The notes below the pieces were generated by a model. The model ran no database searches. It saw nothing but the letters and a program-made list of their open reading frames with translations, and was not told the DNA's origin. Position numbers and translations under genes: made by a program. From Mobula hypostoma (lineage: Eukaryota): a DNA stretch of 64,000 bases. Shown one piece after another: positions 1-11,069 of this stretch. The stretch's first letter is position 1, and the number at the start of each line of letters is the position of its first letter. Location: the NCBI RefSeq assembly GCF_963921235.1, contig NC_086109.1, forward strand, positions 15,874,001 to 15,938,000. The letters run 5' to 3'.

Positions 1-1310
1 GTTGATGCTGTCTATTAGTGCCCATTTGAGGCTATTTTATCTTCTCATGCTCAATAAATGGCTTTGTTCAGTTGGTGGATCAGGGTGAGGACTCTGTGAA
101 AGGTTGTCAAGAGGTGTAGCTGGTTATCATTCTGTATGTTAAAGTGTTAATGATACTTATTCAAGAAAGCATGCTTTAACCCAAGGACAACTCTGTCATT
201 TCCTCTCGCGCACATAGGAGCATCTGATATATCGTGTATTGCCACAAACAATTTTCTTCATTGAAATCTGTAGTATTACTGGATTGAAAACAAACCTCCC
301 AAGGCTGAGGGGAGCTGCGAATGCAAGTAAAAGAAGCCTTCAATTCAGATTTAAGCGTCTCCCTTTGTGCAGAAGGACAGAAACTTGGAGAAGTTTGAAC
401 ACAAGACCCCCAGCGGTTTCCCCTTCATGCTTTAAGATCACTGATAAAAAAAAATAGCTTTCCCAACTAATTCCCAAATCCTAAGGCTTCCATTGTATCC
501 AAAAATCTATTGATCTCAATCATGAATATACCGAACAGCTTCATCTCTGCAGGGCTAAAGAATGTTAAGGATTTACGGCCCTCTGGGCAAAGAAAAATTC
601 TCCTCAGCTCAGTTCTAAATGACAGATCTTTTTTTCCTGTGAACACAATACTTTGGAGGACTGGTGGTTACAAAGAAAAGACTAATGTATTTTCAGAAGA
701 ATCTTTCTATGCTATTTAGAAAATTCTGAAGCATTTAGTAGCCAAAATAATGATCAGAGGTTCAAAAGAGGATAGGATAAACTGAGAGAAGCTGAACTCA
801 TTGTCTGTGGTGGTGGAATAAGAGTCAAAAAGAAATTAGAGAAAGAACCCAGAATGAGGGAAAAGAGCAGGAGAATGGAACTGACAAGGTTATGGCAGGC
901 TGCCATCAATTTGATGGGCTGAAGAGCCTCCTTCTGTGCTATAACATTCTGTTAGATGTCTATAAGTAATGTCTACAGTCTATAGGGGCCCTCATTGTTT
1001 TATATACCTTAATGTTGCCTTCTAACCTCCTCTGCTCCTCGGACAACAGACCTAGCTTCTCCAGTCTCTCCCCACGTGTGAACTGCTCAACTGTAAGCAA
1101 AATCAGGTGACTCTCCTCTGCACTCTCTCCAGCGCTATCACATCCTCCCTACAGATCAGAACTGCACCCAGTACTCGAGCTGATTTAATAAAGAAAGAAT
1201 AGAAATTTCCTACTTCTACGTTCAGTGCCCTGACTAATGAAGACCAGGGTCTTGTAGGCCTTCCTAACCACATTATTTACCTGCATTGCTACCTTCAGGA
1301 AGCTACTCAT

Positions 1311-1444
1311 TGTAATATTGATGTGACTTGGACACTGCTGTAGATTGAACAACCATGTTTATTCACCAGGCTTCCATTTTTACTTCTGCACGTCCTGACA
1401 TCATACGCACACTGATGCTACAAACACTCACACAATACCTTACA
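1311..1444 (-). repeat. 3' LTR of the Gypsy element
   Basis: Direct repeat of 5617-5750; preceded on the minus strand by polypurine tract GAGAAGGGGGA (1445-1455). Confidence 0.95.
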
Positions 1445-1683
1445 TCCCCCTTCTCAAGATTTTTTTTTCTTTTTACAACACTGCCAAAACAATGCCTCTA
1501 GGTTTGCCCTTCTGACAGTGCAACAACCATGACATAAACTAAAAAAAATCTTACCTTTTTGTACTGTATTCTGCATTGTATCTTACAATACTAACAGCAG
1601 TGTATTCTCTTTTACTTTCTTTTCTTCTCTTAGACTAATAAACTTTTTATTTCACATGCGTGACTTTGCCTCAAACTGTATGT

Positions 1684-4600
1684 CTAGTCTCTGTATCTAG
1701 CTGGAAGTTTGACCTGTCTCCCAGACCGTGTGTGATACAACTGTGACTGTGTTTGTCCTTCACCAGTGTCAGTCTCTCGACTGACCTCTGTGTTTTTGGG
1801 GTCTGCATCACTCTTGGTGTCATTTGTTTCCATGTCTGTATCTGTGGAAATGTCCTGTGTATCTGTACATAGAAACTCCCTCTCGCCTGTCTTCAGCAGA
1901 TGCTTCCTGTTCCTCCTGTAGACTCTTCCATCCGGCGTGCGAACTATGAAAGATCTTGGTTGCTGATGTCTGTTCACAACCACAGCTGGTTGCCAAGTGT
2001 CTCCTCTCTGTACTCTGACATTTTCACCTGTATGCAGATCTGGCAACTGTCTTGTATGTCTGTCATAGTAGCTCTTTTGCTTTATTTGCTTGTACCCTTG
2101 CTTGTCATGTACATGAGCATTACCTTCAGGAGTCAGTAGAGTTGTGGATGTTGGCAGTTTGGACTTCAGACGACGTCCCATCAACAGCTGCGCAGGAGAG
2201 AACCCCACACCCTCAATCGGTGTGTTACGGTATTCAAGCAGAGCAATGTAAGGGTCACCGTTGCTGCTATGTGCCTTCTTGAGCTCGTTCTTGACAGTTT
2301 GTACAGTTCTCACTGCTTGTCCATTAGACTGAGCGTGCCCTGGACTGGAAGTAACATGTTGAAATTCCCAGCTTTCTGAGAACCCTCTGAACTCACCACT
2401 GGCATATTGTGGACCATTGTCACTAACGACAATATCTGGAATACCCTGTCTTGTGAATGTCGGCTTCTTTGCGGTAATGACACCTCGACTGGACTTAACT
2501 TGGCGATCTCCGGGTATTTTGAATAGTAGTCCATACAAAGCAGATATTCTGCACCATTGTAGTGAAAGAGATCTGTGCCAATCTTCTCCCATGGTCTTCC
2601 TGGTAGGGGGTGGGGAAGCAGAGGCTCTCTTGGATTGCAGTTTTTGTTTTCATTACAGACAGCACACTGAGACACAATGTCTTCTCTCTGAGTTGACATG
2701 CCTGGCCAATAGAGAATGTCTATTTCTTTACATTTCACTATCCCCAAGTGTGACTCATGAATTCTGTTGAGCATCTCCTGTCTGATTTGGTTTGATACGA
2801 TGAGTTTTGCTGTTTTGAACATTAGTCCTGATGCATAGCTGATTTCCTCTTTAAATGTCCAGTATTTCTGCATTTCCTTTGGAACATCTTTTCTTTCTGT
2901 TGGCCATCCATTCATTGTAATGTCTCTTAGCATTTGCATTTCAAGATCATCTGGAATCGCTTTCCTGAACATATTTAACTTCTCCTCAGAGATGGGTAGC
3001 TGAGGTGTAACCCAGTTGACCTCCGGCTCTCTTCCTAGCAACTCTTCCTTTTGCTCTTTGAGGTAAGCACGGCTCAAAGCATCATCTTTTCCTGGCTTAT
3101 GGGTGACTGTGAGAGTGTACCGCCGTAGCCTGAGAAGCATCCTTTGCAGCCTCATAGGAGCTTGGTGGTGTGGCTTTTTGAAGATGCTCTCAAGTGGTTT
3201 GTGATCACTCTCAATCTGGATTTCTTTGCCATATACATATTGGTGGAACTTCTCATACCCATTAACTATGGAGAGTAATTCCTTCTCGACTTGAGCATAT
3301 TGGCATTAACAGTCCGTAAATGCTTGTGATCCATACGCCACAGGCCTCCTATCCTGCAGTATAACAGCTCCTATTCCCTCCGAACTGGCATCCACAGACA
3401 TCGTCACCTGTTTATTGACATCATAGAACTTGAGGGTTGGTGCATTGGTAACCAACTGCTTCAATGTGTCAAAACTTTTCTTTTGTTCGTCTTCCCAATG
3501 CCATTCAGTGTTGGTCTCTAGTAGCTTTCGGAGTGGAGCGCTGACCTCTGATAAGTTGGGAATGAATTTGGCAAGATACTGTATCATGCCCATGAACTCA
3601 ATAGTTGTTGCTTGTCTTTGGGTGGTGGTAGCTGTACCACAGCGCTGACCTTTTCATCATCTGGTTTTAGCCCATCAGCACTGAGCACATGACCTATGTA
3701 TTTGATCTCTAGTTCTGATCTTACATTTACTTTTGTTCAGTTTTAGGTTGTACTCACGTGCTCTCTCCAGGAGCTTCCTCGGTCTCTGATCATGTTCCTC
3801 AATTGTGTCAGCCCATATCAGCAAATCATCAATGATGTTGACCACCCCGTCCAGGTCTTCAATCATTTGTGCCACGGATCTCTGGAATACCTCTGATGCA
3901 GAAGAAATCCCAAAGGGTAGACGCAGGAAACGATATCTCCCTATGGGCGTGTTGAAAGTGCATAATTTGGAACCTTCTTCATCCAGCTTGATCTGCCAGA
4001 AACCTTGATTTGCGTCTAATACTGAAAAGTATTTTGCGTTAGGCATGCGGGAGACAACCTCTTCAACCGTGAGCAGCGGATAGTGCTCTCTTTTGATGGC
4101 TTGGTTGAGATCTTGTGGATCCATGCAAATCCTCGTCGTTTTTTCTGTGACCACTGTCACCATACTATTCACACAGTCGGTCAGTTCTATTTGTCTTGTT
4201 ATGACTCCCATCTGTTCCATTCTGTGTAGCTCCTGAACTACTTGATCCCTGAGAGCTACTGGAATCTTTCTCGGGGCATGCACGACTGGTGCAATAGTTG
4301 GATCAATCTGGATATGGTGTTTCCCTGGTAAACATCTTAATCCAGAAAACAAGTCATCAAAGTTTTTGAGAAAGTCATTTTCTTTTCCAACACCATAGAT
4401 TCGCTTCACCAGGCCTAGCTTTGTGCATGTTGCTTTGCCCAGTATTGCTGGAACATGTTGCTGTACTATTTCAAACTCAATCTTGTATTGTTGACCTTTG
4501 TACACACAGGTGAGTGCTTTTTTGCCCAGTGGTGTCGTCTTGTGGCCGAAATATGCAACAAGCTTGCAGGTGGATTTTTCCAGTCTTCCTCTGATGTCCA

Positions 4601-5566
4601 GTGAGTTGAATGTTTCTGCTGACAACAAATTGCCCTTTGCCCCAGTGTCAAGCTTAAATGTCACATTCCCCCTGTTTATTATCAGATCTTGGGTCCAATC
4701 ATCTTCATCCTCCATCTCTGCATTGTCAATATTCTTGAAGCATACCTCCTGTTCCACTTCAACTGTGCCAATGAACATGTCACTGTTGCCCTCACTCTGT
4801 TCCACAATATGTACTTTCCTTGCGTGCTCCTTCGATTTGCACATCTTTGCAAAGTGATTTCTTTTTCGGCATAACTTGCATGTCTGACCAAAGGCTGGAC
4901 ATTTTCTGTATCCATGTATATAACGACATCTGTTGCAGTTAACTTCCTTTTGATCATCCTGTGGAGCTGGCTTTGTCCTACTCTTGTCAGTTTTCACAGT
5001 TTTTATTTTGTGCACTTCAATCTCTTCATTGAGCACTTTAACCTGACTTGACGTGGTCTCGCGGGCACGGCAAACATCAATCGCCTGTTCTAATGTAAGA
5101 TCCGCCTCTCTCAATAGCCTGCCTCTCACTTGATCATCTCGTATGCCGCATACAATCCTGTCACGTATTGAAGAATCACGCAGTTGTCGGAACTCACAGC
5201 CTTTTGCCTTGCTCTTCAAATTTGATATGTAGGCGTCTATGGTCTCTATTGGTCCTTGAGCCCTCGTGAAAATCCGGTGTCGGATCGGATGTACAGTAGG
5301 TTTTTTCTTGGTTCGCAGTAATCTTGACACTTTTTCTTCAATGCTTCAATTTTACCTTGCTCATCATCTTGGAAGACAAACGTGTTGCAAACCTTTATTG
5401 CCTCTTCTCCCGCCACATGCAGAAACGTAGCACATTGCACTTTCTCCGTCTTTTCAGCTACACCGTTAGCGGTGCAAAACAGCTCAAACTTCTGGATCCG
5501 TATTTTCCAGTTCTCAGCATGATTACCTTGTAGGCTTAAACCTGACGGTGGCTGTAACTGTGACAT
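1684..5566 (-). pseudogene. Gypsy gag-pol, broken by several frameshifts
   Basis: 5246-5566 gag N-terminus; 3675-5330 gag Cys/His knuckles (CNRC..H...C, CKLC...H....C), protease LDTGA, RT (LPFGISSASEVFQ, NIIDD); 3306-3593 RNase H (VDASSEGIGAV); 2310-3155 integrase Zn finger (HESH..C..C); 1684-2592 integrase core (SDNGPQY, SNGQA). Confidence 0.95.
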
Positions 5567-5604
5567 CTTTTACGTGTCTTCTCTTCCTTTTTTTTCCGTG
5601 ATTT

Positions 5605-5616
5605 CTTCTGACACCA
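5605..5616 (-). promoter_or_regulatory. Primer-binding site TGGTGTCAGAAG, complementary to a tRNA-Leu 3' end
   Basis: Directly abuts the 5' LTR; complements the ...CTTCTGACACCA 3' end of vertebrate tRNA-Leu(CAG/CAA). Confidence 0.85.
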
Positions 5617-5750
5617 TGTAATATTGATGTGACTCGGACACCGCTGTAGATTGAACAAACACGTTTATTCACCAGACTTCCATTTTCACTTCTCCAATTC
5701 CTGACCTCATACGCACTCTGATGCTACGAACACTCACACAATACATTACA
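5617..5750 (-). repeat. 5' LTR of the Gypsy element
   Basis: Direct repeat of 1311-1444 (13 mismatches in 134 nt by eye); adjacent to the PBS. Confidence 0.95.
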
Positions 5751-5881
5751 CTCATTTGTACTTCCTCTGTTCCTCAATACTCCTTAAGCCCCTACCATTT
5801 GTTGAGTATGTCCTAGCCTCATTAGTACTCCCAAAATTCATCGCTGCAGATTTTTATGGAATAAACAACATGCCATTTTTA

Positions 5882-6100
5882 AAAACGCAAACATGAGGAA
5901 ATCTGCAGATGCTGGAAATTCAAGCAACACACACCAAAATTGCTGGTGAACGCAGCAGGCCAGGCAGCATCTCTAGGAAGAGGTACAGTTGATGTTTCGG
6001 GCCCTGACGAAGGGTCTCGGCCCGAAACATCGACTGTACCTCTTCCTAGAGATACTGTCTGGCCTGCTGCGTTCACCAGCAACTTTGATGTGTGTTGCTC
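5882..6100. mobile_element. Penelope-derived short element in self-inverted (hairpin) form with hammerhead core
   Basis: Arms about 5923-6003 and 6019-6099 are reverse complements; loop CTGACGAAGGGTCTC; flanked by TGCCATTTTTA/TGTCATTTTTA (5871-5881, 6101-6111). Confidence 0.8.
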
Positions 6101-6129
6101 TGTCATTTTTAGGCCTATTTCGTCAACAC

Positions 6130-6470
6130 ATTGATTGTGTGGATATACAGAGGCTTTTTTTTCCCAGGGCTGAAATGGCTAACATGAGAGGGCACAGTTT
6201 TAAGGTGCTTGGATGTAGGTACAGAGGAGATATCAGGGGTAAGTTTTTTATGCACAGAGTGGTGAGTGTGTGGAATGGGCTGCCATCGACGGTGGTGGAG
6301 GTGGATATCATAGGGTCTTTTAAGAGACACCTGGATAGGTACATGGAGTTTAGAAAAATAGAGGGCTCTGGGTAACCCTAGGTAATTTCTAAAGTAAGTA
6401 CATGTTCGGCACAGCATTGTGGGCTGAAGGGTCTGTATTGTGCTGTAGGTTTCCCATGTTTCTGTGTTTC
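6130..6470 (+). mobile_element. CR1 LINE 3' fragment
   Basis: RT C-terminus (RGHSFKVLG...FFMHRVVSVWNGLP) followed by CR1-type 3' UTR and TTTCTATG-like tail. Confidence 0.85.
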
Positions 6471-7518
6471 TACGTCTCCCTCTAATCCTTCACTTACAGA
6501 AGGTATGGATGTCTTGGAAAGGGTACAGAAGATATTCACCAAAATGCTGCCTGGATTAGAAGGTATAAGCTCTCTGTAGAAGTCAGACAAACTTCAAGCT
6601 TATTATCATCTGACTGTATATATATACAACCTCTCATTGCTACGGTCGGAAGTTCCCACCAGCCTCAAAATGGCAAATATTATACCAATGCCCCAGAAGA
6701 GTAGTGTGAGCTGCCTTAATGACTATCACCCAGTATCACTCACATCTACAACGATGAAATGCTCTGAGAGGTTGGTTATGGCTCGAATCAATACCTACCT
6801 CAGTAAGGACCTGGAGCCACTGCAATCTGCCTATTGCCACAATAGGTCTACGACAGATACAATCTCAGTGTCTCTTCATATGGCCTTACATCACCTGGAC
6901 AATACAAACAACTACAGTATGTCAGGATGCTGTTTGTTGACTATAGCTCAGTGTTTAGCACCATCATTCCTACAGTTCTGTTTGATAAGCTACAAACCTG
7001 GCCCTCTGCAATTGGATCCTCTACTTCCTAACCAGAAGATCACAATCTGAGCGTATTGGTATTAATAACACTTCCTTGCTGATGATCAACACTGGCGCAC
7101 TACAGGGATGTGCGCTTAGCCCACTGCTCTCCTCACCCTATACCCATGACTGTGTGGCTAGACATAACTCAAATGCCATCTCTAAACCTGTTGATGATAC
7201 AACTATTGTGGCCAGAATCTCAGATTGAGACAAGAGGTGTACAGGAGTGAGATATACTAGTTGAGTGGTGTCACAGCAACAACCTTGCACTAGACTTAAG
7301 TAAGACCAAAGAGTTGATTGCAGACTTCAGAAAGGATAGGATGAGGGATCATGAACCAATCCTCATAGAGGGATCAGTGGAGAGAGTGAGCAATTTCAAG
7401 ATCTCTGAGGATCTTACCTGGTCCCAACATATTGGTGCAGCTATAAAGAAGGTAAGATAGTGAAGATAGTGGCTAGATTTCATTAAGAGTTTGAGGGAAT
7501 TTGGTTTGTCACCTAACA

Positions 7519-8706
7519 CGGGGGTCCCCAAACTCTTTTGCACTGCGGACCGGTTTATTATTGACAATATTCTTGCAGACTGGCCGACGGCGGGGAGGGG
7601 TGGGTAGGGTTGCCAACGGACAAGAGTAGCAGTGTTTACTCCAAGAAAGACTACAATGACCATGAAGCCTTGCGCAGGCACCAGTGCGCATGCGTAAACG
7701 TGCCGATTATTTTCTACAAATCGTTTTTCGTGATTCTGCTCAGGGGAGGAGGGAAGAGAGTGTTAATCACGACCGGAATATAGGTGATAAGTGGCTAATA
7801 CACTCAATTTCATTTCTAAAAGGGTTTATCTAATGAATTTAATATTAAACACACAGCATATATTTTCCTCGCATGAATATAGTGATAAGTCAATTATCAG
7901 GGGAGGACAGGGGAGCTTGAGGTAAGTGTTGAATGAACTTCCAGTAGAAGTGGTAGAGGCAGGTTCGATATTATCATTTAAAGAAAAATTGGATAGGTAT
8001 ATGGACAGGAAAGGAATGGAGGGTTGTGGGCTGAGTGCAGGTCAGTGGGACTAGGTGAGAGTAGCGTTCGGCACGGACTAGAAAGGTTGAGATCGCCTGT
8101 TTCCATGCTGTAATTGTTATATGGTTATATAAGTCACTTATAAGTCAATAGCATCACAACATTTTAAGTAACGTTTGGATATTAAACACACAGCGCATAT
8201 TTTCCCCGTATGAACATATAAAATCATTGCAACACACCAATATTGCTGAATCAGTGGGAGCCCTGGGCTTGTTTCCCTGCAACAACACAGTCCCATCGAG
8301 GGGTGATGGGAGACAGTGATACTCGAAGGGGGTTCCTTATGTCCAGTCTATTCCGCAATTTAGTTTTCGTTGCATTCATTGCAGAGATATGTTGGAAATG
8401 GAAGCAACGTTTTCAGTGCTTTCATGGCTACCTCAGGATATTTAGCCTTGACTTTGATCCAGAATGCTGGCAGAGATGTTATGTCAAACATACTTTTGAG
8501 CCCACCGTCATTAACAAGCTCGAGGAGTTGATCTCCTTCCCGCGCTGACATGGATGATGCTCGGGCAATGACCTTGCGTGCGTTCAAGCTCAACAGTGGG
8601 CGTGACGAGAATGAGGAAAGGTGCAGCTGACTCATATCGCCAAATCATATCGTTTCCTCGCGTCCTGGTAGCACATGTTTTGCAGCCCGGTGGTTGGGGA
8701 CCACTG
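7519..8706 (-). mobile_element. Non-autonomous hAT (Charlie-like) DNA transposon
   Basis: TIRs CGGGGGTCCCCAA...TTGGGGACCACTG; imperfect 8-bp TSD ACCTAACA/ATATAACA; transposase C-terminal dimerisation-domain remnant (LPAFWIKVKAKYPEVAMKALKTLLPFPTYLC) at 8360-8635; contains a CR1 3' fragment at about 7920-8130. Confidence 0.85.
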
Positions 8707-8739
8707 ATATAACACACTCAAAAACCTTCTATAGAGGTA

Positions 8740-10346
8740 CGAGGGGTGATTGATAAGTTTGTGGCCTAAGGTAGAAGGAGTCAATTTTAGAAAACCTATC
8801 ACATTTATTTTTCCTACATTTACACACTTAGTCCAGCAGTTGTGGAGCATACGGATCCCTTCTTTGTAGAAGTCGGCGTCTTGGACCTCCAGAAAATGGT
8901 CCACAGCAGGGGTGATTGATACGTTCGTGGCCTATGGTAGAAAGCGATGAGAAAAAACTTCAAACTTTCTGCATTTTCACTCAGAGTTGAACTGCACATG
9001 CATGTAATGAGAGCTGTATAACTCATCTCGTTCTACCTTAGGCCACAAACTTATCAATCACCCTTGCCGTGGACCACCTGGAGGTCCAAGGCGCTCTTGT
9101 TACACGCACGTGCAGTTCAACTCTTTGACTGATAATGCAGAAAGTTTGAAGTTAATAACTCATCTCCTTCTATCTTAGGCCACAAACTTATCAATCGCCC
9201 CTGCTGTGGACCACTTCTACAAAGAAGGAATTGGTATGCTCCACGACCGCTGGAGTGTACATGTAGGAGGGGTCTATGTTGAAAAATAAATGTGCTAGGT
9301 TTTCTTTCTTTCTCAATCTTTTTTATTCAGTTTCAAATTGATAAACATAACAATGATTATGATACAAAAAGATTGGGATTACATTAATAACGGTTAACGT
9401 ATACAGGCACAGACTCCGAGTAACATATGCAATTCAAGCCTCCCAATCTCTTAATAACTGAACATGAAAAAGATTCAAAAAATTTTATACAAAGAAAAAG
9501 TCCCCCTACAGTAAAAAAAAACAAACTAAAGGCTGGGCTGCCATGTTTCATCGGTTGAAATGGTTATTTGTCATTAACTCCGCTCCTCTATACACAAACA
9601 AAAAGTTATTGAAAAGGATTCGGAAAAGGTCAGCTTACATCATATGAAATTGTTGAATAAATAGCCTCCAAGTTTCTTCAAATTTAACCGAAGGATCAAT
9701 AGTACCACCCCTAATTTTTTCCAAGTTTAAACATGTTATAGTTTGAGAAAGCCATTGAAATGTAGTAGGGGGATTAGAATCTTTCCATTTAAATAAAATG
9801 GATCTTCTGGCTATTAATGTAACAAATGCAATCAAACAGCAAGCTGAAGGGGATAAATGACTAGAGTCCATCACTGGTAATCCAAAAATTGCAGTTAATA
9901 GGATGAGGTTGTAAATCAATATGCAAAACCACTGAAATAATATCAAAAATGTCTTTCCAATATTCTTCCAAAAGAGGGCAAGAAACTACAGAAAAAATTT
10001 AGGTTTCAACCTCTATCAGAAGAGTTTAATAGCAATTGTTTATGATTTAATTACGAAAATACGTCTAGGTCCATCTGATAAAATTAAGAATGAATGGGAA
10101 AGAGAACTTGAGGTATCTTTACCTGTAGAGAAATGGGAGAAAATTCTCCAACTAGTTAACACTTTTTCATTGTGTGCTAGACACACTTTGATACAATTTA
10201 AGGTGTTTCATAGGGCCTATATGTCTAAGGATAAGTTAGCTCGATTTTATTGCCATATAAATCCTGTCTGTGACAGATGTAATGTGCTAGGTTTTCTAAA
10301 ATTGACTCCTTCTACCTTAGGGCACGAACTTATCAATCACCCCTCG
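8740..10346. mobile_element. Mariner-derived MITE interrupted by L1
   Basis: TA TSDs (8738-39, 10347-48); TIRs CGAGGGGTGATTGATAAGTT / AACTTATCAATCACCCCTCG; mariner transposase C-terminal remnant (FYKEGIRMLHNCWTKCV). Confidence 0.9.
9306..10280 (-). mobile_element. 5'-truncated, 5'-inverted L1 insertion
   Basis: 17-bp TSD AATGTGCTAGGTTTTCT (9289-9305, 10281-10297); ORF2 C-terminus plus 3' UTR on the minus strand (9306-9983); the immediately upstream ORF2 segment on the plus strand (9984-10280, WERELE...IQFKVFHRAY...VCDRC). Confidence 0.9.
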
Positions 10347-11030
10347 TACAATGGAGAGTTTTTGATAGACTGCTTCACTGTTGGAATGTTGGGGATCTAC
10401 TGCACAGGATCGAAAGAAACTACAGAAAGTTGTAAAGTTAGTCAGCTTCGTCTTCAGTACTAGCCTCCAGAGTGTCCAAGACACCTTCAAGGAGCAGTGT
10501 CTCAGCAAGGTAGCATCCATCATAATGGACCTCCATCATCCAGGACATGCCCTCTTCTCCATGCTACTGTCAGGTAGGAGGTACAGAAGCCTGAAGGCAC
10601 ACACTCAGTGATTCAGGAACCGCTTCTTCCCCCTCTGCCATATGATTCTTAAATTGACGTTGAACCCATGAACACTACCTCACTTCAAGTTAACAGATTT
10701 CACGACATATACTGGTGATATTAAACCTGATTCTGAACAAAACAACACTCCTCTGGACTGTGGTGCACCCTGAATACATACACAACACATGAAGCAAAAT
10801 ATTATTACTAGTAAGTTAATAAAATATAGTAATTTAAAGTGCTTGTGAAGTGCGCAGCGGAGCTAAACAGTAAACAGCTTGATGTCCTAGTAGCGGGACC
10901 TCGGTGGTGGTCGGGTATTCATTAGCCTCACAAACACAAGAACATTTGCAGATGTTGGAAATCTAAAGCAATACATACAAAATGCTGGAGGAGCTCAGCA
11001 GGTCAGGCAGCATCTATGGAAAAGAGTAAA

Positions 11031-11068
11031 CAGCCGACGTTTCAGGCCGAGACCCTTCATCAGGACTG
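11031..11068 (-). ncRNA. Minimal type I hammerhead ribozyme motif (Penelope pLTR-derived repeat)
   Basis: Minus strand reads CAGUC-CUGAUGA-AGG GUCUCGG CCU-GAAAC-GUC-GGCUG; catalytic core intact. Confidence 0.75.
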
Positions 11069-11069
11069 G

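Larger units (their letters stand above)
1311..5750 (-). mobile_element. Full-length Ty3/Gypsy LTR retrotransposon (probably Mag-like), frameshifted
   Basis: Two 134-bp LTRs (1311-1444, 5617-5750) with TGTAA...TTACA ends; identical 5-bp TSD CTCAT (1306-1310, 5751-5755); PBS and PPT in the correct places; gag-PR-RT-RH-IN order on the minus strand. Confidence 0.97.
6636..10735 (+). mobile_element. Decayed Rex1/Babar-clade LINE split by nested DNA transposons
   Basis: RT motifs (PQKSSVSCLNDYHPVSLTS) at 6637-7050; sequence resumes at 8707-8739 and 10347-10735 (HHPGHALFSMLLSGRRYRS, 3' tail ATTAAACCTGATTCTGA). Confidence 0.85.

Noticed and set aside
296..441. Possible minus-strand exon (poly-T acceptor, GAG/GTTTGT donor)
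   Set aside because: All three frames contain stops and there is no recognisable protein; cannot exclude a non-coding exon.
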